From contig NZ_CP089977.1 of NCBI RefSeq assembly GCF_025643275.1, positions 1,650,001-1,682,000 of the forward strand: a stretch of DNA of 32,000 bases. Direction: 5' to 3'. Positions within the stretch are counted from its first letter, which is position 1. Each line of letters starts with the position of its first letter. Made by a program: the position numbers and the translations under genes. The notes under the pieces were generated by a model. It was not told where the DNA came from. It saw nothing but the letters and a program-made list of their open reading frames with translations, and made no database searches. The stretch is from Moraxella nasicaprae (lineage in GTDB: Bacteria; Pseudomonadota; Gammaproteobacteria; Pseudomonadales; Moraxellaceae). Below are positions 17,010-26,502 of the stretch, piece after piece.

Positions 17010-17393
17010 TTAGGCTTGTGCCTTAGATTGATAATCTTCGATGGCAGCCTTGATGGCGTCCTCAGCAAGTACAGAGCAGTGTACTTTGACAGGTGGTAGA
17101 GCAAGCTCTTCGGCGATGTCTTTGTTTTTGATGGCGGCGGCTTGGTCTAGGGTTTTGCCTTTTAGCCATTCGGTCACCAGCGAGCTTGATGCAATCGCAG
17201 AACCACAACCATAGGTTTTAAACTTCGCATCTTCGATGATGCCATCATCGCTAACTTGGATTTGCAAACGCATTACATCACCACAAGCAGGTGCACCCAC
17301 CATACCTGTACCGACATTTTTGGCGTTTTTGTCTAGGTTGCCCACATTGCGTGGATTTTCATAATGGTCAATAACTTTATCTGAATATGCCAT
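17010..17393 (-). CDS. iscU: Fe-S cluster scaffold IscU
   Basis: 'MAYSDKVIDHYENPRNVG..GAPACGDVM..FKTYGCGSAIASSS..LPPVKVHCSVLAEDA' is a canonical IscU sequence. Confidence 0.97.
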   Translation of the reverse strand: MAYSDKVIDHYENPRNVGNLDKNAKNVGTGMVGAPACGDVMRLQIQVSDDGIIEDAKFKTYGCGSAIASSSLVTEWLKGKTLDQAAAIKNKDIAEELALPPVKVHCSVLAEDAIKAAIEDYQSKAQA

Positions 17394-17471
17394 AATAATA
17401 TCTCTTATTTAATGCACCAAATACACTTGCGATGGCTGGTATTTGGTGGTTTGGGAAAAATTTAATAAAAA

Positions 17472-18695
17472 TTAGTGTTCTTGCCATTCAACAGTAGATA
17501 GGTCAATACCTTCTTTGAACATGTCCCATAGTGGCGATAGTTCACGCAGTTTATTGACCGCATCATGAATTTGAGACAATACATGGTCAATGTCTGCTTC
17601 GGTGGTGTAGCGACCGATACTAAAACGAATCGATGAATGAGCCAGCTCATCAGGACGACCGATGGCACGCAGTACATACGATGGTTCTAGGGTTGCTGAG
17701 GTGCATGCAGAACCTGAGGAAACCGCTAGGTCTTTTAGGCTCATCATCAGGCTTTCGCCTTCTACAAAGTTAAAGCTGACATTGAGCACATTAGGAATGC
17801 CGTGTTCTAGGCTGCCGTTTAGATAAACTTCCTCAATGTCTTGCAGACCAGCCCACAGCTTATCACGCAGGGCTTTTACATGAGCATGGTCTTCCTCAAA
17901 ACGCTGTGCCGATAGAGCGAATGCTTCGCCCATGCCAACGATTTGGTGTGTTGCCAAAGTACCAGAACGCATGCCACGCTCGTGACCACCGCCGTGTTGT
18001 TCTGCTTTTAGACGGACACGAGGCTTGCGACTGACATACAAGGCACCGATGCCTTTTGGGCCATAGATTTTGTGAGCAGAAAAACTCATCAAATCTACTT
18101 TTAGGTCGCTTAGGTTGATTTTGATTTTACCAACTGCTTGGGCAGCGTCCACATGGAACAGCACGCCTTTGGCACGAGTAATCTCGCCAATGGCTTTAAT
18201 GTCAGTGATTGTACCAAGCTCGTTGTTTACCGCCATTAGACTGACCAAGATGGTGTCTTCACGCAATGCAGCTTCTACTTGGGCTGGGGTGATGAGACCT
18301 GTACCAGCTTCTGGTTCTAGATAAGTGATTTCAAAGCCTTCTTGTTCTAGCTGACGACAAGTATCCAAAATCGCTTTATGCTCAATCTGAGAAGTGATGA
18401 TGTGCTTGCCACGACCTTCGTAGAAGTGTGCCACGCCTTTTAGGGCTAGGTTGTCTGATTCGGTTGCACCACTGGTGAAGACGATTTCTCGTGGGTCAGC
18501 ACCGACAGTTTCGGCGATTTGGATACGAGCAGTTTCGACAGCTTCTTCTGCTTGCCAGCCAAAACCGTGCGAGCGAGAAGCTGGGTTACCAAAAGTGCCA
18601 TCAAAGGTTAGATATTGTACCATTTTGTCAGCCACTTCTTTGGCGACAGGTGTGGTAGCAGCGTAGTCAAGATAGATTAAAGATGTTTGGCTCAT
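17472..18695 (-). CDS. iscS: Cysteine desulfurase IscS
   Basis: '[10 protein letters not shown]', '[12 protein letters not shown]', '[17 protein letters not shown]' (PLP lysine) and 'SSGSACTS' (active-site Cys). Confidence 0.97.
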   Translation of the reverse strand: MSQTSLIYLDYAATTPVAKEVADKMVQYLTFDGTFGNPASRSHGFGWQAEEAVETARIQIAETVGADPREIVFTSGATESDNLALKGVAHFYEGRGKHIITSQIEHKAILDTCRQLEQEGFEITYLEPEAGTGLITPAQVEAALREDTILVSLMAVNNELGTITDIKAIGEITRAKGVLFHVDAAQAVGKIKINLSDLKVDLMSFSAHKIYGPKGIGALYVSRKPRVRLKAEQHGGGHERGMRSGTLATHQIVGMGEAFALSAQRFEEDHAHVKALRDKLWAGLQDIEEVYLNGSLEHGIPNVLNVSFNFVEGESLMMSLKDLAVSSGSACTSATLEPSYVLRAIGRPDELAHSSIRFSIGRYTTEADIDHVLSQIHDAVNKLRELSPLWDMFKEGIDLSTVEWQEH

Positions 18696-19198
18696 GCTAA
18701 ATTTCCAACTAGGTTGATTGTTGTGATGTGTGAATTGTCTTTTTTGTGTTCAAAAGCCTTGCGTTCCTGTTGGTCGGCAATGGTTTGAGTGTGCTTGGTT
18801 TGTAATAATTGGGCAAGCGTCACATTTTTCAAGTAGGCTTCGATATGCACAGACAGATTGTGCCACAGGTCGTGTGTCAGACACATTGAACCATCTTGGC
18901 AATCGCCTTTGCCTCCGCATTGCATGGCATTGACGCTCTCATCAACGGCTGTAATAATGCTCATGATATCAATCTCATCGAGCGGTTTGGCAAGATGATA
19001 ACCACCAGACGCCCCCCGTGTGCTATTGACCAAGCCTTTTTTGCGAAGTTTGGAGAATAGCTGTTCTAAATAGGAAATGGAGATGGATTGGCGTTTTGCA
19101 ATATCAGATAAAGATACAGCCCCTTGATGGCGATTTTCTTGAACTGCCAAGTCCAGCAGTGCGGTAACGGCGTACCGTCCACGAGTTGTTAAACGCAT
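18692..19198 (-). CDS. iscR: Fe-S cluster-sensing transcriptional regulator IscR (Rrf2 family)
   Basis: '[18 protein letters not shown]' is an Rrf2 HTH. The cluster ligands are in '[19 protein letters not shown]' (3 Cys plus His). The start is set at ATG 19198, and the stop overlaps the iscS start by 4 nt. Confidence 0.93.
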   Translation of the reverse strand: MRLTTRGRYAVTALLDLAVQENRHQGAVSLSDIAKRQSISISYLEQLFSKLRKKGLVNSTRGASGGYHLAKPLDEIDIMSIITAVDESVNAMQCGGKGDCQDGSMCLTHDLWHNLSVHIEAYLKNVTLAQLLQTKHTQTIADQQERKAFEHKKDNSHITTINLVGNLA

Positions 19199-19283
19199 GC
19201 GATTATTTTCCAAAAAAATTGCCTAGTTTTTTGTCAAAACTTGGGTAATGTAATAAAAACCATGATGGCTTATGATGACGATT

Positions 19284-19317
19284 ATTATAATAAAATCCGA
19301 GTAAATAAGTCAAGATT
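19284..19317 (-). promoter_or_regulatory. Candidate isc promoter with an overlapping IscR type-1-like operator
   Basis: The minus strand reads TTGACT (19313-19308), an 18-nt spacer, then TATAAT (19289-19284). The -35 is embedded in 'AATCTTGACTTATTTACTCGGATTT'. That matches about 17/25 positions of the type-1 consensus ATASYYGACTRWWWYAGTCRRSTAT. It also resembles the E. coli iscR site A as I recall it. Confidence 0.5.
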
Positions 19318-19394
19318 AAATCCCTGATAAAACCATCAATAAAATCAATCTTTGCGATTGTATTTTTTAACAAATCATTCGGTGGCGATAAGAA

Positions 19395-19433
19395 GAAAAA
19401 AACTCCCTGCATTGGCTAGACAAATCAGGGAGT
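19395..19433 (-). terminator. Rho-independent terminator after the UbiJ-like gene
   Basis: The minus strand reads 'actccctg-(16 nt loop)-cagggagt' followed by T7-8. It lies 25 nt after the stop at 19458. Confidence 0.7.
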
Positions 19434-19457
19434 GTGGATAATGAAGATTAAGAAAAT

Positions 19458-20135
19458 TTAGGCAACAAAATGCCAAATAATCGAAATGATGGCAATCAAA
19501 GTGCTGACAATAAAACCACCCAAAAAAGTCTTTTGCTTGCTTTGTAGTTCTGCCATCTGGGTGTTTAGACGGCGATTATCAGCGACTAATTGGTCGATTT
19601 TTTTGGTTTGTTCGCTGATTTTGGCTTTGTATTCAGACAGTTTTTCGCTTTTTTGTTCGGGTGTGGGGGCAGGTTTTGGACTGCCTTTGAGCTTGTGAAT
19701 GATGTTTTGGATAGCCCCACCAATGCCCACACGCACCAAAAATGCCTTGACTTGCTCGACATCGTCTTGCTGACCACGAATTTGCAGGGCGTTGATGGTT
19801 GCCTCACTGTGATTTATCAAGGCATTGATGAGTTGAAAGCTGTATGCGTTAATCATCACATCAGGATTTTGTTTGTTGGCAGGTAGGGTATCGTCCAATA
19901 AAATCCCACGATAACTAAAAGTGGCATAAATTTTGGTATGAGGCAGATAGGTGCGAATGCAGACCACTTTGCCTGTCTCGGCAAGTGGATAGGCGAGCTG
20001 ACGCAATTTGGGGTCAAATCGCAACATCAGCGTGATGGCAGATTCTAAAAATACAAGTAAGACATTAAGCACGCCACGAGAAATGACACCGCCTTCATCG
20101 GCTGGTGTTGGGGTTGTTTGGCGGTCTTGTGTCAT
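19458..20135 (-). CDS. SCP2/UbiJ-like domain protein with a coiled-coil and a C-terminal TM anchor
   Basis: The N-terminal roughly 150 aa align by eye with E. coli UbiJ blocks: 'GKVVCIRTYL...', 'DVMINAYSFQLINAL' and 'LQIRGQQDDVEQVKAFL'. A K/E/Q-rich heptad-like segment follows ('KLSEYKAKISEQTKKIDQLVADNRRLNTQMAELQSKQ'), then 'FLGGFIVSTLIAIISIIWHFVA'. Three in-frame ATGs exist (20144, 20141, 20135). The last has the best spacing from the AAGGA. Confidence 0.55.
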   Translation of the reverse strand: MTQDRQTTPTPADEGGVISRGVLNVLLVFLESAITLMLRFDPKLRQLAYPLAETGKVVCIRTYLPHTKIYATFSYRGILLDDTLPANKQNPDVMINAYSFQLINALINHSEATINALQIRGQQDDVEQVKAFLVRVGIGGAIQNIIHKLKGSPKPAPTPEQKSEKLSEYKAKISEQTKKIDQLVADNRRLNTQMAELQSKQKTFLGGFIVSTLIAIISIIWHFVA

Positions 20136-20412
20136 GGTCATCATTCCTTAAAACAGCAAAATCTGATTGATTTATTGATAAAATCACCATCATACTGCAA
20201 AGAGCAACAGAAAAACAGGGGCAATGATAAAATTTTACATAAAAAAACAAATTCTTGGACAAGGTCGCCAGCAAGACCGACACGCAAGCATCAAAAAAGC
20301 AATCAGTGGGCGTTTGTTGGGTTATTTTTGGAGTTTTGGTGGTAAAAAACCAAAATTTGTATCAAAAAGCGTAATTTTTTGCATTTTTATGCAGAAAATT
20401 TGATTTTTTTGC

Positions 20413-20441
20413 TTGTAAAAGATTGTTTATCATCTTACAAT
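20413..20441 (+). promoter_or_regulatory. Candidate sigma70 promoter of hupB
   Basis: TTGTAA (20413-20418), a 17-nt spacer, then TACAAT (20436-20441), about 65 nt upstream of the ATG. Confidence 0.5.
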
Positions 20442-20506
20442 GCACTCAGCAGAGTTTGCAAACTCTAAGTTTTCATTTTAGCAACGATTATTGTGAGGAA
20501 TTTTTT

Positions 20507-20779
20507 ATGAATAAGGCAGAATTGATTGACAGCATTGCTCAAAAATCAGGTCTAACCAAAGAGCAAGCTGGCAAAGCACTAAACGGCTTCGTTGAAAGCG
20601 TACAAGAAGCATTGCAAAGAAATGACAGCGTTGTGTTGGTTGGTTTTGGTACTTTCTCAGTTAAAGAGCGTGCTGCTCGTACAGGTCGCAACCCAAAAAC
20701 TCTTGAAGAGATTCAAATTCCTGCCAGCCGTGCCGCAGGCTTTAAAGCTGGTAAAGCTCTAAAAGACGCATTGAACTAA
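20507..20779 (+). CDS. hupB: DNA-binding protein HU (beta-type by synteny with ppiD)
   Basis: 'MNKAELIDSIAQKSGLTKEQAGKALNGFVESV...VGFGTFSVKERAARTGRNPKT' is a canonical HU sequence. GAGGAA lies 7 nt upstream of ATG 20507. Confidence 0.93.
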   Translation: MNKAELIDSIAQKSGLTKEQAGKALNGFVESVQEALQRNDSVVLVGFGTFSVKERAARTGRNPKTLEEIQIPASRAAGFKAGKALKDALN

Positions 20780-20801
20780 TTTGTCTTTTGATGAATGAAT
20801 G

Positions 20802-20829
20802 CCCGACCCTATGGTTGGGTATTTTTTTT
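20802..20829 (+). terminator. Rho-independent terminator after hupB
   Basis: 'cccgaccc-tat-ggttggg' (one G-U pair) is followed by aTTTTTTTT. Confidence 0.65.
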
Positions 20830-21005
20830 GGGTAAATTTTGCTAAATTGGGCGATTTTTGTATAAAAATTACCAATAAGTATAAAAAGAGTTTTGAGTAT
20901 TGGGTAAAATTAGCGTATCATAGTAAGGTTTTAATCATCATTGATTGCATTTGCTGTGCAAGATGAGTTTTATTTGAGCAAATAGATAGATAAGAAGTTT
21001 TTTCT

Positions 21006-22868
21006 ATGGAAAAGATGCGTAATTTTTTGCAAAGTTGGGTTGGTAAAGCCTTGCTGGTCGGCACTTTGATTCCGATGGCTTTTTTGGGTGTGCAAAGCAC
21101 CTTTGGTGGAGCAAGAATCCAGCCTGATGAGCTGATTAAGATTGGCGATAGAACGGTGGAGCTAAATGCGTTTCAGGCGGAGGTCAATGCCGAACGCAAC
21201 GCCTTGCTTGAACAGGGTGTTGATGCCAGCTTGATTAACGAAAAAGCATTGTCTGATGCGGTGCTAAAACGCATGACCGATCGTGCCTTGCTTGAAAATC
21301 AAGCGTCTGTTTTGGGCATGACGGTCTCTGATGCGATGATTACTCAGATGCTTCAAGGTTATGAAGTGTTTCAAGAGGACGGTCAGTTTTCTAATGATAA
21401 ATTCGCCGCTTATCTACAACAAAATGGCATGGGTAAAGATGCCTTGTTTGCCATGGAGCGACTGCGTCTTAGCCTAAGACAGCTTATCAATGGCATTGCG
21501 GGCACAGCCATTTATCCAAATTCACAAGTGTCTCATTTGCTTGATTTGCAGCTAGAAGCTCGTGAGGTGTGGGTACATCGTTATCGTTGGCAGGATTATG
21601 TGGCACAGGTGCAGATTTCTGATGATGCCATCAAGACCTATTTTGAAGCAAACAAGGACAAGATGGTCAAGCCTGCAACGGTTGATTTAAGCTATATTGA
21701 GCTAAGTGAAGCTACCATCAAAACTGACTTGCCAACCGATGAAGAAGTGCGAGCACAATACACCTCTTATCTAAAAGAAAAAGGTCTCAATGATGGGCGA
21801 GAGTTGGCTCACATTTTGCTGACAGGCGATGATGCCGCTGCCAAAGCTGCTGATATTAAGAAAAAGCTGGATTTGGGTGCGTCATTTGAACAGCTTGCCA
21901 AAGAGTATTCCCAAGACCCAAGCAAGGAGTCTGGCGGTGTGATTGGGGCGTTCAATCCAGCCGTGTATGGCGATAAGGCTGCCGATGTTGAAAAGGCATT
22001 GCTTGGTTTGACAACAGGGCAAATTAGCCAGCCTGTACAGTCGAATTTTGGCTATCATATTTTTAAGGTTACCAAAACCGATGCCAATGCACCATCTTTT
22101 GATGATTTAAAAGATGAACTAATCAATCGTGCTGCAACACACAAACGCCTATCTGCTTTGAGTGAATTGACCGCCAAAGTCAATGATATGGCGACAGACA
22201 GCATGGGTGTGGCGGATATTGCCAAAGAGATTGGGGTTGAGGTGATGGAAATCAAAGATTATCCACAGACCCAAAACCAAACCGCATTGGCACAGCCAGC
22301 CGTGATTGCTGCTGCCTTTGATGAATTTACCATTCAAGACCAAGCGGTCAGCCCAAATTTGACTTTGGGCGATAAGACAGTTTGGGTTCAGCCAAAAAAT
22401 CATCAACCAGCTCGTCCTTTAACTTTTGAAGAGGCAAAAGAACAGATTCGCCAGACGCTTGCCAAAGAAGAGGCGGTCAAACTTGCCCTAAAAGCTGCCC
22501 AAGAGGCGGTGGCGTTGGCAAAAACACAAGGCGTCAGCAAACTATTGACACCAGCAACCAACATGGGCATGAGTACTCGTGCTAATCCAAAATTAAGCAG
22601 TCAAGAATCATCAAGTTTGTTCTTGACTCAGTCTGGCGAAGAGTATGATGTCTGGGCGGTGCAAAGCGATGAAGGTGCAAGTTTGATGGTGGGTGGCAAA
22701 GTGGATAAAGCCACCGAAAGCCAGCTTGATGCTGCCAGCAGATTGCGTGCGGCGTCTGTATTGCGTGAAAATGTGGGTTCTGATCAGCTTGAAGACTATC
22801 TACAATACCTGCGTGATACTAATGAAATCATCACCAATGAAGATGCTCTAAAAGCACAATCCCACTAA
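21006..22868 (+). CDS. ppiD: Periplasmic chaperone PpiD (parvulin-domain peptidyl-prolyl isomerase D)
   Basis: It has an N-terminal TM anchor ('GKALLVGTLIPMAFLGV'), a SurA-like N-domain and a parvulin core ('ELAHILL...FEQLAKEYSQDPSKESGGVIGAF...GYHIFKV'). The length is 620 aa and it sits directly after hupB, as in E. coli. Confidence 0.88.
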   Translation: MEKMRNFLQSWVGKALLVGTLIPMAFLGVQSTFGGARIQPDELIKIGDRTVELNAFQAEVNAERNALLEQGVDASLINEKALSDAVLKRMTDRALLENQASVLGMTVSDAMITQMLQGYEVFQEDGQFSNDKFAAYLQQNGMGKDALFAMERLRLSLRQLINGIAGTAIYPNSQVSHLLDLQLEAREVWVHRYRWQDYVAQVQISDDAIKTYFEANKDKMVKPATVDLSYIELSEATIKTDLPTDEEVRAQYTSYLKEKGLNDGRELAHILLTGDDAAAKAADIKKKLDLGASFEQLAKEYSQDPSKESGGVIGAFNPAVYGDKAADVEKALLGLTTGQISQPVQSNFGYHIFKVTKTDANAPSFDDLKDELINRAATHKRLSALSELTAKVNDMATDSMGVADIAKEIGVEVMEIKDYPQTQNQTALAQPAVIAAAFDEFTIQDQAVSPNLTLGDKTVWVQPKNHQPARPLTFEEAKEQIRQTLAKEEAVKLALKAAQEAVALAKTQGVSKLLTPATNMGMSTRANPKLSSQESSSLFLTQSGEEYDVWAVQSDEGASLMVGGKVDKATESQLDAASRLRAASVLRENVGSDQLEDYLQYLRDTNEIITNEDALKAQSH

Positions 22869-22880
22869 GCATTCGCCAAC

Positions 22881-22913
22881 AAAAAACCGCCAGTCTTGAT
22901 TGGCGGTTTTTTT
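22881..22913. terminator. Bidirectional terminator between ppiD and purH
   Basis: 'aaaaaaccgcca-gtcttgat-tggcggttttttt'. Confidence 0.8.
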
Positions 22914-22937
22914 GATGATTGATACAAATCAATGTAT

Positions 22938-24536
22938 TTAGTGTCTAAAATGACGCATGCCAGTAAATACCATGGCGATGCCGTGTTCATCAGCAGCAGC
23001 GATGACTTCTTCGTCACGCATTGAGCCACCTGGTTGAATAATGCACTTAATGCCAGCAGCGGCAGCGTTGTCAATACCATCACGAAATGGAAAGAAAGCG
23101 TCCGATGCCATGACCGCACCTTCAACCACCAGTCCTGCATGCTCTGCCTTGATGGCGGCAATGCGGGCTGAATTAACACGACTCATCTGACCTGCACCAA
23201 TGCCGATGGTTTGGCGATTTTTGGCATAGACGATGGCGTTGGATTTGACATATTTTGCCACTTTCCAAGCAAAAATCAAATCGTCAAGCTCTTGCTCGCT
23301 TGGTGCAAGTTTGGTCACAACTTTTAGGTCGGATTTGTCAATCATGCCCAAATCTTGGTCTTGTACCAAAAGACCGCCATTGACTCGCTTGTAGTCAAAT
23401 TGAGTGGCTCTTTCATTGATTGCAGGTAATTCGCCACAGACCAATACTCGCACATTTTTCTTGGCGGCAGTGATGTCTAGCACGCCATCAGCGATGCTTG
23501 GTGCGATGATGACTTCCACAAATTGACGGTCAATGATGGTTTGGGCGGTTTTACAATCTAGCTCACGGTTAAAGGCGATGATACCCCCAAAGGCAGACTC
23601 TGGGTCGGTCTGATAAGCCAATTCATAAGCGTCCAAAATACCGTCCAGCGAGACCGCCACACCACAAGGATTGGCGTGTTTGACGATGACGCAAGCAGGC
23701 TTGGCAAAGGATTTGACGCATTCCAAAGCGGCATCAGTGTCAGCAATGTTATTATAAGACAGTTCTTTGCCTTGTAGCTGAGTTGCGGTTGCAACTGAGG
23801 CTTCTTTGGCGTTTTTTTCGACATAAAAGGCGGCTGTTTGATGAGGGTTTTCGCCATAACGAAGCTCTTGTGCCTTGTCAAACTGCACATTAAAGGTGCG
23901 TGCAAAAGCGGTTTTAGCAGTAGCGTCATCGCTGATGTTTTCGCCAGTTTGCAGCAGTCTTGCCCCCAAGAAATTGGCAATCATGCCATCATAGGCGGCG
24001 GTATGTTCAAAGGCTTTAACCGCCAAGTCAAAGCGAGTAGCATCAGTAAGTTTGCCATGTTGCTGCAATTCATGAAGCACTCGTTCGTAGTCGCTAGGAT
24101 TGGTGATGATACCAACATGGGCATGGTTTTTGGCGGCAGAACGCACCATAGCAGGGCCGCCAATGTCGATATTTTCGATGGCGTCGCTCATGATGACATT
24201 GGGATTGGCAACGGTTTGGGCGAATGGATATAGATTGACCGCCACAATATCAATGCGGTCGATGCCGTGTTCATTCATGATGGCGTCATCAATGCCACGA
24301 CGACCCAAGATACCGCCGTGAATTTTGGGGTGTAGGGTCTTGACACGACCGTCCATCATCTCGCTAAACCCAGTATGTGCCGATACTTCAATGGCATCAA
24401 CCCCAGCTTCGGTCAGTAGTTTAAAAGTACCGCCTGTGGACAAAATGCGAAATCCTTGTTGCGTTAAGCCCTGAGCAAACTGAACAATCCCTGTCTTGTC
24501 AGACACAGAAAGCAAGGCGAAATTTTGTGAACTCAT
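22938..24536 (-). CDS. purH: Bifunctional AICAR transformylase / IMP cyclohydrolase
   Basis: '[12 protein letters not shown]', 'SGGTFKLL', '[16 protein letters not shown]', '[11 protein letters not shown]' and the C-terminal '[11 protein letters not shown]' are canonical PurH motifs. Confidence 0.97.
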   Translation of the reverse strand: MSSQNFALLSVSDKTGIVQFAQGLTQQGFRILSTGGTFKLLTEAGVDAIEVSAHTGFSEMMDGRVKTLHPKIHGGILGRRGIDDAIMNEHGIDRIDIVAVNLYPFAQTVANPNVIMSDAIENIDIGGPAMVRSAAKNHAHVGIITNPSDYERVLHELQQHGKLTDATRFDLAVKAFEHTAAYDGMIANFLGARLLQTGENISDDATAKTAFARTFNVQFDKAQELRYGENPHQTAAFYVEKNAKEASVATATQLQGKELSYNNIADTDAALECVKSFAKPACVIVKHANPCGVAVSLDGILDAYELAYQTDPESAFGGIIAFNRELDCKTAQTIIDRQFVEVIIAPSIADGVLDITAAKKNVRVLVCGELPAINERATQFDYKRVNGGLLVQDQDLGMIDKSDLKVVTKLAPSEQELDDLIFAWKVAKYVKSNAIVYAKNRQTIGIGAGQMSRVNSARIAAIKAEHAGLVVEGAVMASDAFFPFRDGIDNAAAAGIKCIIQPGGSMRDEEVIAAADEHGIAMVFTGMRHFRH

Positions 24537-24903
24537 GGTATCATTCCAATATGAAAATTCAAAAACAAAGTGATTGCAAGTTCATTGATGACTGTTTTGC
24601 TTTAATAAAAAGCATTGCAATCCGTCAATCAACTGCACAAAAGATGATACCAGTTATTCGATATTTTATAAAGTAAAAATGATGATTTTTTCTCCAAATT
24701 TTTATCAAGAGATTTGTTGGTGCTTGATTGATGGTTGGTGAAGATGATGTTAAATGGATTGGTACTTTTGATGATGAATGAAAGGTTTGGGTTTGCTCAT
24801 CATTAGATAAAAGATAATTGATGGCTTGGTGCTGACTTGGGGAAAATCAATGCGGCGATATAGGTGGACGGGTGTATTTAACAAAAAAGTATCATGGGGA
24901 AAT

Positions 24904-24934
24904 AAAAAAACCGCCCAATCAAATGAAGCGGTTT
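24904..24934 (-). terminator. Rho-independent terminator after fis
   Basis: The minus strand reads 'aaaccgc-ttcatttgattgg-gcggttt' followed by TTTTTTT. It lies 8 nt after the fis stop. Confidence 0.65.
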
Positions 24935-24941
24935 GATGATA

Positions 24942-25202
24942 TTATAGTAAGCCATAGGTTTTTAGCTTGGTACGCAGTGTGCCACGATTTAGCCCAAGCA
25001 GTTGGGCGGTTTTGGACTGATTGCCACGAGTGTGTTTGAGTGTTGCAATCAATAAAGGTCGCTCCATCTCCGCCAAAAAGATGTCGTACATATTGTTGAT
25101 TTCTTCGCCATCTAAGGCCTCAAAATAGCGATGAACCGCATGTTCAACATGAGTGTGTAGCGGAGTAGGTTCGTTAAGCGTTGTTTGATTTACAGTATTC
25201 AT
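24942..25202 (-). CDS. fis: Fis-family nucleoid-associated DNA-binding protein
   Basis: The C-terminal HTH 'GNQSKTAQLLGLNRGTLRTKLKTYGL' and upstream 'YFEALDGEEINNMYDIFLAEMERPLL' match Fis. Confidence 0.9.
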   Translation of the reverse strand: MNTVNQTTLNEPTPLHTHVEHAVHRYFEALDGEEINNMYDIFLAEMERPLLIATLKHTRGNQSKTAQLLGLNRGTLRTKLKTYGLL

Positions 25203-25403
25203 CGGGTTTTATCTTATCAAAGGCAACATTTTGCTGTGCTTGGGTGATGGTTTGTCAATTTTGAAATAATCTGATGATTGTTCTTGGTTTATCTCAAAAT
25301 CCATACCAATCCACCTAATGACAGCTCCCAAAAATTGTGCAAATGGTATCAAAGATGACCAAGTCTTGCTATGGCGTTTGTGTTATGGTGTGTAGCTTGT
25401 TTG

Positions 25404-25437
25404 TAAAAAAAGCAACCATCTTGGTTGGATGATTGCT
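25404..25437 (-). terminator. Rho-independent terminator after prmA
   Basis: The minus strand reads 'agcaatcatc-caaccaa-gatggttgct' (10-bp stem, one G-U pair) followed by TTTTTTT. Confidence 0.7.
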
Positions 25438-25458
25438 TGGTATGGTGGATTGGCGGGT

Positions 25459-26382
25459 TTATTTTTTGTGTCCACTGAGACGATGCCAATGACTATCTTC
25501 GGCATTGTCATAGGCAAAAGCAGGGTCTAACTCAAAATGTGGCTCATAAGCCTGAACCACTTCATCGGTCTGAGAGCGAATCAATCCAGCCAGTACGATA
25601 GAGCCATTTGGTTTGAGCAGCTCAGCAAAGTAAGGAGCAAAACCAATCAAAGGCTTGGCAAGAATATTGGCGGTGATGGTGTCGGCAAGTTGTGGATTGT
25701 CTTTGCGATGGGCGATGAATTCATCAGGCAAAAAGACTTTGAGGCGGTCGCTTACTTGGTTGAGTTTGGCGTTTTGGGTGGTGGCAAGGATTGCCTGTGG
25801 GTCGATGTCCACCGCCAGCACTTCTTTTGCTCCCAATAGCAGGGCAGCAACCGCCAAGATGCCAGAACCGCAGCCGTAGTCAATCACCAACTTATCGGTC
25901 AAATCCTGCTGTGATAGCCAGTCTAAGCACAGGCGTGTGGTGGCATGATAGCCTGTACCAAAGGCAAGACCAGGGTCTAGGATAAGATTGATGGCGTCAG
26001 GTTCTGGTGCGTCTAGCCACTCTGGCACAATCCATAGATTGCCAGCACATTTGATGGGTTTATAATGACTCATCCATTCACGAGTCCAGTCTTTGTCTTC
26101 AAGACTGCTTAGCCAAAAACGACTGGCATTAACTTCGCTGGCGATGTCGCTAATCAGATTTTCAAAATTGGTGTGAGCAAAAGTATCATCGCTGTTGGTG
26201 TCAAAAATCGCCGTCATCACCACTTCTGACCACAAAGGTTCTTCGCCTGGCATGGGCTCAAACAAGGGTTCATCGCCAGCATCTTCTAATAAAATTGATA
26301 CCGCACCCACTTCATAAAATAGGGCTTCGGCAAGTTCGACAGCAGATTGTGGACATTGTAGGTGTAGCTGTTGCCAAGACAT
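25459..26382 (-). CDS. prmA: Ribosomal protein L11 methyltransferase
   Basis: 'LILDPGLAFGTGYHATTRLCL' and 'VIDYGCGSGILAVAA' form the SAM-binding motif. The start is set at the second ATG (26382) for better spacing from AAGGA. The ORF track starts at 26388. Confidence 0.93.
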   Translation of the reverse strand: MSWQQLHLQCPQSAVELAEALFYEVGAVSILLEDAGDEPLFEPMPGEEPLWSEVVMTAIFDTNSDDTFAHTNFENLISDIASEVNASRFWLSSLEDKDWTREWMSHYKPIKCAGNLWIVPEWLDAPEPDAINLILDPGLAFGTGYHATTRLCLDWLSQQDLTDKLVIDYGCGSGILAVAALLLGAKEVLAVDIDPQAILATTQNAKLNQVSDRLKVFLPDEFIAHRKDNPQLADTITANILAKPLIGFAPYFAELLKPNGSIVLAGLIRSQTDEVVQAYEPHFELDPAFAYDNAEDSHWHRLSGHKK

Positions 26383-26502
26383 AAACATTCCTTAAAAATT
26401 AATTTGGTTGATGAAGTATCTTTGCATTAAGATGGGCATTGATTCATCGTCATCACGGTGCATTATAGCAAATTATCCACTCATCGCCTATGAATATTTG
26501 GA

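Noticed and set aside
19219-19249. A possible second IscR site ('ACCCAAGTTTTGACAAAAAACTAGG') in the iscR leader
   Set aside because: I could not align it convincingly with either the type-1 or the type-2 IscR consensus. Only the GAC core matches.
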